IMG/VR virus record: IMGVR_UViG_3300043408_000051
Span: 1-53,948 of that record
DNA from: a virus
Lineage: Duplodnaviria > Caudoviricetes
Strand: one strand, 5' to 3'
Length of the DNA stretch: 53,948 bases
The notes under the pieces are model-generated. The model saw only the letters and a list, made by a program, of their open reading frames with translations, did not search any database and was not told the DNA's origin. Within the stretch, counting starts at the first letter, position 1. Every line of letters begins with the position of its first letter. Below are positions 1-8,589 of this stretch, piece by piece. Position numbers and translations under genes: made by a program.

Positions 1-1
1 C

Positions 2-172
2 GAAAATCTAAAAGAAGAATACGGAGTCACTCTTCCGTTAGACGTTTGGAAAGAGGCTGTTGATTACGCACCAACAGGCGATGACATCATGGGTATCTAT
101 GGAGTAATTCAAGATGAGATTACTGCAAGATTAAAAAAACGCGGTATCGAACTAACAGAAGTGGAGGCATAA
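2..172 (+). CDS. hypothetical protein, 5'-truncated
   Basis: Open frame from window start (ENLKEEYGVTL...EVEA*), stop at 170-172; contains the GGAGG RBS for the next gene. Confidence 0.6.
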   Translation, partial: ENLKEEYGVTLPLDVWKEAVDYAPTGDDIMGIYGVIQDEITARLKKRGIELTEVEA

Positions 173-175
173 CTT

Positions 176-538
176 ATGGGTAAACAAATCGCAGTAATTA
201 TCTCTTCAAAAGAAGACATCGAACTAAGCAATCTTGCTAATGCAATTACAGGTGCAGGACTATCTTTAATTGCTGACGGAATTGTTAAAGTTGACGGAGA
301 AGTTTACGTTCGTGTTGTTGACTTTGATAATGCAACATACATCGCTAAAGACTCTAACTACGGTTGGGCAAGTGGTTTGTGTTTAGTAGATACAAACAAC
401 TGGTCAAAAGAAGACTGGGAAGCGATAGACAACCTAACTGATTCAGAACTTAATGAGTTGGGAAGCATAATTAACAACGACCCTTCATACACTCCGTATA
501 AGTTTGTTCAAACACAGGAGGATTATCGTGGCGAATAA
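176..538 (+). CDS. hypothetical protein
   Basis: 120-aa ORF, GGAGG RBS, packed in operon. Confidence 0.7.
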   Translation: MGKQIAVIISSKEDIELSNLANAITGAGLSLIADGIVKVDGEVYVRVVDFDNATYIAKDSNYGWASGLCLVDTNNWSKEDWEAIDNLTDSELNELGSIINNDPSYTPYKFVQTQEDYRGE

Positions 539-1124
539 CCCTGCACCTAAAAACATCTATGACTTGTGTAATGAAGTTTATTCACGTCATGGTCAGTATG
601 GGGTATTCGATTACGTGGGTCAGTTTGATAACATCGAATGGACATGGTGTATGCCTTGTGAGTCAGTCACACCATTTGACCCATACTACGATTCTTACAC
701 TTATAACGAAGACACAGAGAATAATGATAAAGAAGTTGTGTGCTTAGTTTGCGGTAGTTCTAACGATTACGTAAATTATAAAGAAGTTAAAGCAGTTATC
801 TTTTACGAAGACGGAACTAAAGCAGTCCAAGAGTGTAAGTATGAAGAACAACTCAAGTTCTTACAAGAAACATGCAAAGGTTACGTTGAATGCAAAACGT
901 TACCTTCTCAAAACGTAACCCTATGGTTTAACGAAGAAGCACGCACCAAACTCATAGGTCTAGTTCCAAACTTCACCGCAACAAAATTATGGCTTAACGA
1001 GTTTGGCAAAGATGATGACACAGTTCTATTAGGAAACGTAGTGATTACTAATGCTGTGACTGATTCAAACGGAATGATAACTTCTTTAAGCACCGAACAA
1101 GTAGAAAGGTTGATGACACTATGA
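528..1124 (+). CDS. DUF3846-like protein with N-terminal CxxC...CxxC Zn motif
   Basis: GTG start after AGGAGG; C-terminal LKFLQETCKGYVE..LWFNEE...PN..AT..LLGNVVIT resembles DUF3846; CMPC/CLVC upstream. Confidence 0.6.
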   Translation: MANNPAPKNIYDLCNEVYSRHGQYGVFDYVGQFDNIEWTWCMPCESVTPFDPYYDSYTYNEDTENNDKEVVCLVCGSSNDYVNYKEVKAVIFYEDGTKAVQECKYEEQLKFLQETCKGYVECKTLPSQNVTLWFNEEARTKLIGLVPNFTATKLWLNEFGKDDDTVLLGNVVITNAVTDSNGMITSLSTEQVERLMTL

Positions 1125-1765
1125 AGCACCCAAACATAAATCCAAAATACGTAAAGAAAGTTAAAGAAGTAAGTGTTGGTTATGCACTTAAAAACCAACC
1201 ATTAACTCCTGAAACGTATGCAATCTTTCTTTCTTTTAAGACAAAAGAAGAAAGAAATCAATACGCATGGAGATTAAGAAAAGAAGAAGGCTGGTCTCTT
1301 GAAAGTATTGGGCAGGCTATCAACGTGACGCGAGAAATGGTTAGGTTAATTGTAAAGAACCTTGACCAAACTTCTTTTACTCTTTTACCTTCAGTTGCTA
1401 GTCAACCAATTCCAAAGCGTGTTCGCGTTGAAAAAGTAAAATACAGGAGAACACCTATTGAGCCTGAAGCGTTGAAACGTCTTAAAGAACTTCACGCAAC
1501 TGCAACCCTCTTAAGAGGGAAGTCTGAGAAGAACAGAACGGAAGCAGAAGAGTTCACACGATTAATCAATGAGCAAACTCTTTTAGGAGTAAGCACATAC
1601 ACAATCGCAAAAGAACTTGGGCTTACTGTAGGGGCAATTAACCTACGTTTAGTTCGTTATGGTTACAGAAAAACAAATGGACAATCACGTGCACTAACTC
1701 GTATCAAATACTCAACACAAAAAAAGGAGGCAACACATGACAACACAACTACAGCAAGTAACTAA
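1121..1765 (+). CDS. double-HTH DNA-binding protein (sigma-70 region 4-like)
   Basis: WSLESIGQAINVTREMVRLIV and VSTYTIAKELGLTVGAINLRL HTH motifs. Confidence 0.65.
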   Translation: MKHPNINPKYVKKVKEVSVGYALKNQPLTPETYAIFLSFKTKEERNQYAWRLRKEEGWSLESIGQAINVTREMVRLIVKNLDQTSFTLLPSVASQPIPKRVRVEKVKYRRTPIEPEALKRLKELHATATLLRGKSEKNRTEAEEFTRLINEQTLLGVSTYTIAKELGLTVGAINLRLVRYGYRKTNGQSRALTRIKYSTQKKEATHDNTTTASN

Positions 1766-2063
1766 GACTCGTCGTATTACTCTCGATAAATGGCAGGAAA
1801 CATACAAGCCGATAGGTAATACGCTTGATGATAACGCCTCATGGCAAGATGAAAATGGCGTAGGGATTCTCTTTGAAACATACGGAGATGAGGAAGCCTT
1901 TGTTTATTCCTGCGATTATCACAACGTATGGACTTACGTTGACGGAGACAACGGAGGCACTTACATAGTTAATGGACGTGCAGTTGTAAACCGTATTGGT
2001 TATTTCATCACACCGCTTCCATGGAAAGACAACGAAACATTCTGCATAAAGGTGTCCTCATGA
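1737..2063 (+). CDS. hypothetical protein
   Basis: 108-aa ORF, AAGGAGG RBS. Confidence 0.7.
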   Translation: MTTQLQQVTKTRRITLDKWQETYKPIGNTLDDNASWQDENGVGILFETYGDEEAFVYSCDYHNVWTYVDGDNGGTYIVNGRAVVNRIGYFITPLPWKDNETFCIKVSS

Positions 2064-2386
2064 AAACAGGAGAACTAAGCACAGGAGTTTCAACTCTTAG
2101 TAAGTGTTGCAACGCTGAAGAGTCATGGAGAGACTGTTCATACTGGAACTTTCATAAAGGTGGAGAATGCTTTGCAACCTATTGTGAATCCTGCCTTGAA
2201 ATTACCTATCGTGACTGCGATGAAAATAATTGCAAGAAGTGTCACGAACACCATTGGGAATGCACAGATACTCCTGCAGTATTTAAGTGCATTAACAAAG
2301 TTAGGGGCAAGAAGTGTCCTTCAATTCGTGTCTATGACAGAGACACTCAAACATACACCGTAAGTTATACCTACAAGAAAGCATAG
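2060..2386 (+). CDS. Cys-rich putative Zn-binding protein
   Basis: ATGA overlap with previous stop; SKCCNA, CESC, CKKC motifs. Confidence 0.6.
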   Translation: MKTGELSTGVSTLSKCCNAEESWRDCSYWNFHKGGECFATYCESCLEITYRDCDENNCKKCHEHHWECTDTPAVFKCINKVRGKKCPSIRVYDRDTQTYTVSYTYKKA

Positions 2387-2394
2387 GAGGCAAC

Positions 2395-2628
2395 ATGACA
2401 AGATACGTAGTTCGATACGCCGAAGAAAATTATGGAATCATTACGTTTGACGCTAACTCTAAAGAAGAAGCGGAAACGTTAGTCGCACAAGCAGAACAAG
2501 GTGAGATAGAGATAGAAGACTTACCTAATTATTCAACATCAGTTAAGTCTTCTAGTTATTCTTTAACAAACCTAGAAGAAGTTCAACCTTCTTTACCACC
2601 AATTCCTATTATGGGAGTTATCGTATGA
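2395..2628 (+). CDS. hypothetical protein
   Basis: 77-aa ORF with GGAGG RBS. Confidence 0.65.
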   Translation: MTRYVVRYAEENYGIITFDANSKEEAETLVAQAEQGEIEIEDLPNYSTSVKSSSYSLTNLEEVQPSLPPIPIMGVIV

Positions 2629-2921
2629 TAAAACATCAAACAGAACACAAGTGTTCTTGCATACCTTGCAGACAAGACCGAGTAAAAGATTGGGTAGGCA
2701 AGTTACTTGACTGGGGAATACCTGCAGACAACATACTCATGGACATAAACCAGTATGGTGGCAAAGTAGTTCTCTTCTCAGGTAATCAAGATTTAGATGC
2801 TCACCACACTCACAAACAAAAGTGGTGTTACCAGTTCAACGACACAACTTTGGAATACGCAAAAACTTGGTGGTTAGCACACCATCAACTAACTCTTAAA
2901 GAAGAAAGGATTACCCTATGA
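2625..2921 (+). CDS. hypothetical protein
   Basis: ATGA-coupled 98-aa ORF; HxCxCxxC motif. Confidence 0.6.
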   Translation: MIKHQTEHKCSCIPCRQDRVKDWVGKLLDWGIPADNILMDINQYGGKVVLFSGNQDLDAHHTHKQKWCYQFNDTTLEYAKTWWLAHHQLTLKEERITL

Positions 2922-3298
2922 CAACACTATCTATCATCAAAGCAAGCATTCGTTGGAAAGAAGACCCAGTAACAAAGCAAATGACTCTAAACAACGAAAA
3001 GGTAACGTTTGGAATCAAGCAAGAAGAGTGGGAAGGTCGAGAAGATGAACACCCACTTGATGATGAAATCTTCTTTTGGCTTGACCCTAAAGAAGCAGAA
3101 GAACTCTGTGGAGGGTATGACATGGGAGATTGGACAGTTGTAAGGGTGCACTCTCGTCGTGAGGTAACTGTGTATCCGCCTGTGTTGTCTGAATACGTTG
3201 AACAACTAAAAGAAAACCTAAAGAAGAAGCAACTCTTAGTTAAAGAGTTGGAAACTATGATTAAAGAAGGAGAACCTCATGTATCTACAAACAACTGA
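2918..3298 (+). CDS. hypothetical protein
   Basis: ATGA-coupled 126-aa ORF. Confidence 0.65.
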   Translation: MTTLSIIKASIRWKEDPVTKQMTLNNEKVTFGIKQEEWEGREDEHPLDDEIFFWLDPKEAEELCGGYDMGDWTVVRVHSRREVTVYPPVLSEYVEQLKENLKKKQLLVKELETMIKEGEPHVSTNN

Positions 3299-3443
3299 TT
3301 TAATTGCAATCATAATTGCGCTTGTATGTTCGTGCTTAGTTATGGTTGTGTCTGTAAACGCTCACCGTAATCTTCTTAGAGTTAATAAAGAACTTATAAG
3401 GACTATTCGAATCTTGCAAAGCAAGGAGAAAGTCAATGAGTAA
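3279..3443 (+). CDS. small single-pass membrane protein (54 aa, not in ORF track)
   Basis: AAGGAG RBS; MYLQTTDLIAIIIALVCSCLVMVVSVNAHRNLL...KVNE*; fills the gap between neighbours. Confidence 0.65.
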   Translation: MYLQTTDLIAIIIALVCSCLVMVVSVNAHRNLLRVNKELIRTIRILQSKEKVNE

Positions 3444-3672
3444 CGTTAAAGCAGATTTGCGGTTTGCAGGTCAATTAAGCATGTGCGGAGAATCTTTGAA
3501 ACTGGCTATCCAAATCTATGCAGACATGATTGACACAGGGTATCAACCAACTAACTATTTAACAGCAAACAAGTTCTTAGACAACATGCTTGAGGCTTCA
3601 AAAGAACTTACAGAAATAATGAAGAATCACGCTGCCGTTATACAAGCACACGCTGAGTTGGGTAAGATGTAG
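3436..3672 (+). CDS. hypothetical protein
   Basis: 78-aa ORF with AAGGAG RBS. Confidence 0.65.
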   Translation: MSNVKADLRFAGQLSMCGESLKLAIQIYADMIDTGYQPTNYLTANKFLDNMLEASKELTEIMKNHAAVIQAHAELGKM

Positions 3673-3696
3673 CCATGCTCAAGAAAGGAGCAAAAA

Positions 3697-3897
3697 ATGC
3701 AAGAGTGGCTAACGCAAAAAGACTTAGCAGAAAAAGCAGGGATAAGTCAGAATACGTTAAAGAACTATCTTTATCGAAACTTAAACACCCTTCCCAAACC
3801 CGATACTTATTTCGGGAGAACGCCTGTGTGGAAACTAGAGACCGCAGAGGCTTGGGTTCAAAGCAGAAGAAGGTTGCCTCAAAAACAGGTTAACTAA
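3697..3897 (+). CDS. AlpA/excisionase-like HTH DNA-binding protein
   Basis: WLTQKDLAEKAGISQNTLKNY...LPKPDTYFGRTPVW...EAW; AAGGAG RBS; directly upstream of integrase. Confidence 0.75.
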   Translation: MQEWLTQKDLAEKAGISQNTLKNYLYRNLNTLPKPDTYFGRTPVWKLETAEAWVQSRRRLPQKQVN

Positions 3898-3925
3898 CAC
3901 TTACTAAAGAGAGAGGAGCAAGTGT

Positions 3926-5221
3926 ATGGCGTATGTAATTACCCGAAATAAACGCTACACAGGTTATTACCGCAACAAAAATAATCGCGTAGTATCTGCT
4001 GGAACGTTTGACTCAAAAGCCAAAGCCTTATCCTCTGCAATTCTTGCAGAAGGGGGGCTATCAGTCAATGAGTCTGAATCAAACCAAACTTTAGAAGAAT
4101 ACTTAGAAGAATGGTTGATTAGAACAGATGTTCGCTTGATAACTAAGAAAACTTACAAGACTTCGTTAAAGAAGTATGTTGTTCCTTCTTTAGGAAATAA
4201 GCAGGTCTTGTCTATAACGAAACGTGACATTCGTAGCCTTTTTGAAAAACTTTTGCAAGAAGGTGTAAGCCCTTCTACCGTTCTCCATGTAAAGATTGCT
4301 TTGGGGTCTGCCTTTCGTCCGCTTGTTCAAGATGAGCGAATGACTGCAAACCCTACGCATGGGGTGAGGGTAAAAGTGCCTCAGACTGACCCATTCATTA
4401 ATTTAGAGCCTGACGACTTCAAGCAGATAGTTGCCAATTTACCTACAGACGGTGCAAAGTTATTTGCTCAGTTTTTAATTGCAACAGGTTGTCGTTTTGG
4501 AGAAGCAACAGAGTTACGGGTAAAAGACTTTAACTTTAAGTCTAAAGAAGTTTACATTCGTAGAACTGTATGCGACATAGGCAAAAAATCAAATAATGGT
4601 TCGCGTTTTTTAATAGTTCATACTACAAAAAATAATCACAAACGAACAGTAGTGATTAGCACAACTCTGTTAAAAGCCTTAAAAGCCTTTATAGCAGATA
4701 AAAAGTTATCTAATAATGACCTCTTGTTTGGCAATAACACCATTCAGGTTGGTAAACTTATTCCTACAGGTAGTTCTTCCATAAGAACTAACGAAACCTT
4801 TACTGTCAAAGGTAGGGTTTTCAGCCATGCAACTCCTTACGCTTACAACGTGGGAAAGTGCAGGTGTGACCTGTGTAAACAAGCGATAAAGGATTATCGC
4901 AAACAATACAGAAAGGACAAATCAAAAGGCAGAGAAAGCCTTAGCCAAAATACTGGCTCAGGTCATCTCAGTCGAACCAAGTGGCGAGCCATTTGGAACG
5001 AAGCCATAGAAAAGTCAGGTATTGGTTGGTATCCAAAAACGCATGACTTACGACATGCAAACGCCACTCAACTGTTAAAGAAGGGTGTAGACGTGCATGA
5101 GGTTAAGGAACGTTTGGGTCATCAGTCAATCACAACTACGGAACGGTATTTACACCGTATCCGTCACCAACAGTCGAAAGCAGGGGAACTTGCGGACGAG
5201 TATCTGTTGGGGGAAAGGTGA
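3926..5221 (+). CDS. int: tyrosine recombinase/integrase with inserted H-x10-C-x-C-x2-C motif
   Basis: Catalytic R (TGCRFGE), K (TTKNN), HxxR (HDLRH), LGH and Y (TTERY); N-terminal core-binding helices. Confidence 0.92.
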   Translation: MAYVITRNKRYTGYYRNKNNRVVSAGTFDSKAKALSSAILAEGGLSVNESESNQTLEEYLEEWLIRTDVRLITKKTYKTSLKKYVVPSLGNKQVLSITKRDIRSLFEKLLQEGVSPSTVLHVKIALGSAFRPLVQDERMTANPTHGVRVKVPQTDPFINLEPDDFKQIVANLPTDGAKLFAQFLIATGCRFGEATELRVKDFNFKSKEVYIRRTVCDIGKKSNNGSRFLIVHTTKNNHKRTVVISTTLLKALKAFIADKKLSNNDLLFGNNTIQVGKLIPTGSSSIRTNETFTVKGRVFSHATPYAYNVGKCRCDLCKQAIKDYRKQYRKDKSKGRESLSQNTGSGHLSRTKWRAIWNEAIEKSGIGWYPKTHDLRHANATQLLKKGVDVHEVKERLGHQSITTTERYLHRIRHQQSKAGELADEYLLGER

Positions 5222-5227
5222 GAAACT

Positions 5228-5794
5228 ATGCGACTAACACAACGTGGAAAAAAAGTAATTGCAGTAGCAATTATGGCAGTATCAGGAGCACTGTTTTTAA
5301 GTGGTTTTGTTGTAGCAAGAGCACTAGAAGCAGTTCCTACAGAAGCAGTAAAGGCACAGCCAGTTCCTTTACTCCAATCCTCAGTCGAAAAAGAACTAAA
5401 ACTAAAAGCCGACGCTAGGTTAGAGAAATACCGTAACAAGGTAAAACTCTCTCACTTAGAATGTAAAGGTCTTTTAAAAGAGGTTGGGTTCAAAGGCAAA
5501 GCCTTAGAACAAGCATGGGCTATCGTTATGCGTGAAAGCAACTGTCGTTCTCATGCCTACAACGGCAACGAGAAAACAGGAGATAACTCTTACGGAATCT
5601 TTCAGATAAACATGATTGAAGAAGTCGGAGATTCACGCAGAGAAAAGTTCGGCATGGTATCTAATGCGATGTTGTTAGACCCTGTGACAAATGCCCAAAT
5701 TGCTTATTACATGAGCAAGGGCGGAACTGATTGGTCGGCATGGAAGGGTATGACCCCTCGTGCAAAAGAATGGCTAAAGAAGTTTCCTAAGTAA
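5228..5794 (+). CDS. membrane-anchored lytic transglycosylase (SLT/lysozyme-like)
   Basis: N-terminal TM; AIVMRES (catalytic E), SYGIFQIN, DPVTNAQIA, WSAW. Confidence 0.85.
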   Translation: MRLTQRGKKVIAVAIMAVSGALFLSGFVVARALEAVPTEAVKAQPVPLLQSSVEKELKLKADARLEKYRNKVKLSHLECKGLLKEVGFKGKALEQAWAIVMRESNCRSHAYNGNEKTGDNSYGIFQINMIEEVGDSRREKFGMVSNAMLLDPVTNAQIAYYMSKGGTDWSAWKGMTPRAKEWLKKFPK

Positions 5795-5806
5795 TACAAG
5801 CAGTAA

Positions 5807-5845
5807 GTAAAGAGCCTCCTGTGTTGATAGCGGGAGGCTCTTTGC
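5807..5845 (+). terminator. stem-loop / probable intrinsic terminator
   Basis: GTAAAGAGCCTCCTG...CGGGAGGCTCTTTGC inverted repeat right after the transglycosylase stop. Confidence 0.65.
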
Positions 5846-5872
5846 TGTAACCTACAACTATGAGGAGGAACA

Positions 5873-6028
5873 ATGGGCAAACACCTAGATAAAATACAAG
5901 CAAGTCTCGAAATCCGTAAAGCCAATCATAAAGGTCCTGGGGGTAAAGTTCCAGGAAGTATGAATAAAAAGAAGACTGGTTATTCCAGTATTAAGTCTGA
6001 CGAAGCAAAGAAACGATTAGGTAAGTAA
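5873..6028 (+). CDS. small basic protein (51 aa, not in ORF track)
   Basis: GAGGAGG RBS; MGKHLDKIQASLEIRKANHKGPGGKVPGSMNKKK...RLGK*. Confidence 0.6.
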   Translation: MGKHLDKIQASLEIRKANHKGPGGKVPGSMNKKKTGYSSIKSDEAKKRLGK

Positions 6029-6030
6029 AC

Positions 6031-6070
6031 AAAAAACCCCTGATAGCCAAGTGCTATCGGGGGTTTTTTT
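6031..6070. terminator. bidirectional intrinsic terminator
   Basis: AAAAAACCCCTGATAGC-CAAGT-GCTATCGGGGGTTTTTTT. Confidence 0.85.
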
Positions 6071-6084
6071 GTATCATTTTGCTT

Positions 6085-6417
6085 ATGGCTACCGAGAACA
6101 AACCAACTCCTGACGAAGCAAACTATGTCGTTCAGCGAGGAACTAAAACAGATTTAGGTAATGGTCAAACACGTCATGTTGGAAGACACCCACAGAATCC
6201 TGACCACAAGATAACTATTGTTACAGCAACTGTAAACAATAAGCCTCACATCATCAAAGCCTCTCGTGAACTTCTTCCTATGCAAGAAATTGTTGACGCA
6301 TCAAAGAAACGTGAAGCAGAAGCCAAAGCAAGTAAAGACAGAACTGCTGCAGCACAGAAAGCACAACTTGCTAAAAAGCGTGCTCGCACACCTGCACCTA
6401 AAAACAAAAAGAAGTAA
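6085..6417 (+). CDS. basic hypothetical protein, probably leaderless
   Basis: ATG 7 nt after TATCAT; Lys/Ala-rich C-terminus; stop abuts the nrdJ stop. Confidence 0.6.
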   Translation: MATENKPTPDEANYVVQRGTKTDLGNGQTRHVGRHPQNPDHKITIVTATVNNKPHIIKASRELLPMQEIVDASKKREAEAKASKDRTAAAQKAQLAKKRARTPAPKNKKK

Positions 6418-8463
6418 TTAACCTTCTTTTATAAGTTTTACTTCACAAGCATCTGTAGTGCAATAAGCCTCACCGATTGCGTCTAACCCAAGACCGTCAT
6501 AGATTCCCACTAGGTCTATAGGCATTAACTTCATACGAGCCTCTTCGTATTCTTCTTCTGTAATTTGCGTATAAGGCATTTGAGGATAAACCGCATTTCC
6601 CATAGGCAAGAACGAAACAGTCTTAAGTCTTCCGTCATACATGCTTAAAGCAGTTCCAACATCTTTGCTTTCTTTCTCAGGGTCAAAGGTTACTGTTACA
6701 GAAACAGAGTTATCACTCCAGTAGAACTGAGCCGTTGCTGCCAAGTCCATCTTTTCATAAATTGAAACTTCTTTTTCAGCACGCTTTGCATCTGTAGCGA
6801 TGGGGAAGAAAACAACAGAAGTTGTTTCAGGAGATTCGGAAGCAGGTTCAACCCTGTAGTTTGCCATTTTAAATAAAGCAACCATCGGGTCTGTATTAGA
6901 AAAACGAATCGCTCTGTTAAAGAACTTTCCTCCTGAAGCCCAATGAACTCCAGGACTTGCTCCAGCAAGAATTGAAACTGTTCCTGAAGGCTTAACTGTT
7001 GTCATCTTGATTGACTCACGAATGCCAAGCCATTCTGAGTAGGTGCTGTCGTAACCTTTTACAACCTTGTAGCCTTCATTAAGCCAATCACGAAGAATAG
7101 GCAAGCCTTTATTGTCAGCAAAGTTTGCAACACCTGAGACCGAAGTTCCTATGCGACGGTTACGTTGCATAATTGCGTTAGTCTCTTCCCAATGTGTAGG
7201 AAGAAGAGTTACTGTCTTTGCATAGAGGTAAGCAAACTTTAGTGTTCTTAAGAAGTCTTCTTTATTTTCGTGGCGGTTTAGGTATGTCTCAACCAAAGTG
7301 CAACATTCAAAAGACTCTAGGGATTGTTCTGCACAAGGATTGTATCCAGCAATACGGTGGTCTTTATTATTGATAGGGTCAGAGAGTCTTCCGTATTTTC
7401 TAGAAACATCTAGCCAAACAATTCCTGGTTCTCCATTACGGATAATGCCATCAACAATTTTAGAATAATCAGAGCCAACAGTTGCTTCTACAGAATTGTT
7501 AGACATCCAAGCCCAACCAGGATTCTCGGGGTCATAAGAGTTACGCTCAGGATAAACGTCAGGGTTTTTTAGGTTTAAGAAGTTTTCATCATCAATGCGA
7601 CCTATAAGAAGTTCTGCGGAACGACGGACGTTTCCTGATACAACACAGACACCAATTAGGTTTCCAATGTCTGCTATGTCTTTACGAGTAAGTTTTTCCC
7701 CAGCACGATTTTCAAACATCTTGTATAGGTGGTCATGTAACTTAACTAAAGGGTCAGGACCAGCAGCAGTTCCTCCAAAGATTTTAATAGGAGCACCAAG
7801 AGGGCGGATAAGGGAGTAGTCAAAAATCCAACGTGGTTGGTCTGCTTTGAGGTAGGAGTTTATAAGAAGAGTAATTGATTCAACCCAGCCTTCACGAGTA
7901 TCTGGGATTTCATAAGTTTGAAGATTTGATTCTTCTTTAGAAGGCTCGTAAATAGTGAACTCTTTATCTGCTCCCTTGTCATCAAAGCCAACTCCAACAC
8001 CCAACATGCTTGCTTCCATAAGGAATGCAAAAGGCTTGGCTGGGTTTAACTTAGTCATCTCAAGGGTAGAAACGAAGGCACAGTTTTGTAGGGCTGCGGA
8101 GTTTCTGTGCTTGTTGACCAAAGGCGTTCCCATTACCCAGAGTCCTCTTCCAGGTGGAGTCCACTTAAGTTCAAAAAGACGTTCGAATGCTTCTTTTGCG
8201 GAAGACTGAGCCTTGGAGTCATTCCAAGGTAAACGCTGGGATTTGGCGTGGTCTTTCTGCAAGGAATACATGCCGTTGATTACTCGCTCACAGACATCAA
8301 CCCAAGTCTCCTTTGTCCCATCGTCCTTGAGACGAGAGTAGGTTCTTAAGAAGGTTATTTCCCCGACAGAATTACCAGCAGCATCTCTGTATCCAAAAGG
8401 AGGTTTTTTAGAACGATACCCCGCCACAAAATCTTCGCTGAGGTTAAAGGACAAATAGGTCAT
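6418..8463 (-). CDS. nrdJ: class II adenosylcobalamin-dependent ribonucleotide reductase (monomeric RTPR type)
   Basis: PPGRGLW, LQNCAF, GNVRRSAE, NPCAEQ thiyl Cys, TTVKPSGTVS, C-terminal CTTDAC. Confidence 0.93.
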   Translation of the reverse strand: MTYLSFNLSEDFVAGYRSKKPPFGYRDAAGNSVGEITFLRTYSRLKDDGTKETWVDVCERVINGMYSLQKDHAKSQRLPWNDSKAQSSAKEAFERLFELKWTPPGRGLWVMGTPLVNKHRNSAALQNCAFVSTLEMTKLNPAKPFAFLMEASMLGVGVGFDDKGADKEFTIYEPSKEESNLQTYEIPDTREGWVESITLLINSYLKADQPRWIFDYSLIRPLGAPIKIFGGTAAGPDPLVKLHDHLYKMFENRAGEKLTRKDIADIGNLIGVCVVSGNVRRSAELLIGRIDDENFLNLKNPDVYPERNSYDPENPGWAWMSNNSVEATVGSDYSKIVDGIIRNGEPGIVWLDVSRKYGRLSDPINNKDHRIAGYNPCAEQSLESFECCTLVETYLNRHENKEDFLRTLKFAYLYAKTVTLLPTHWEETNAIMQRNRRIGTSVSGVANFADNKGLPILRDWLNEGYKVVKGYDSTYSEWLGIRESIKMTTVKPSGTVSILAGASPGVHWASGGKFFNRAIRFSNTDPMVALFKMANYRVEPASESPETTSVVFFPIATDAKRAEKEVSIYEKMDLAATAQFYWSDNSVSVTVTFDPEKESKDVGTALSMYDGRLKTVSFLPMGNAVYPQMPYTQITEEEYEEARMKLMPIDLVGIYDGLGLDAIGEAYCTTDACEVKLIKEG

Positions 8464-8589
8464 AAGAATACCTTTCGGGGTGGTTGATTGTTTAAAGTTA
8501 GAGGTAGAAGTTTGTAGTAAAAGTTATGTTAATGCACCTGACAATAGTGCTCCATTTCCCCCCACCCTGTTCCACGTCTCTCCACTTGC

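Noticed and set aside
3675-3893. 72-aa ORF overlapping the xis-like gene
   Set aside because: Alternative frame; the 3697 ORF has the RBS and a recognisable HTH
8507-8534. TTATGTTAATG resembles the XerD arm of a dif site
   Set aside because: The arm 6 bp upstream (GAAGTTTGTAG) lacks the XerC ...ATAA consensus
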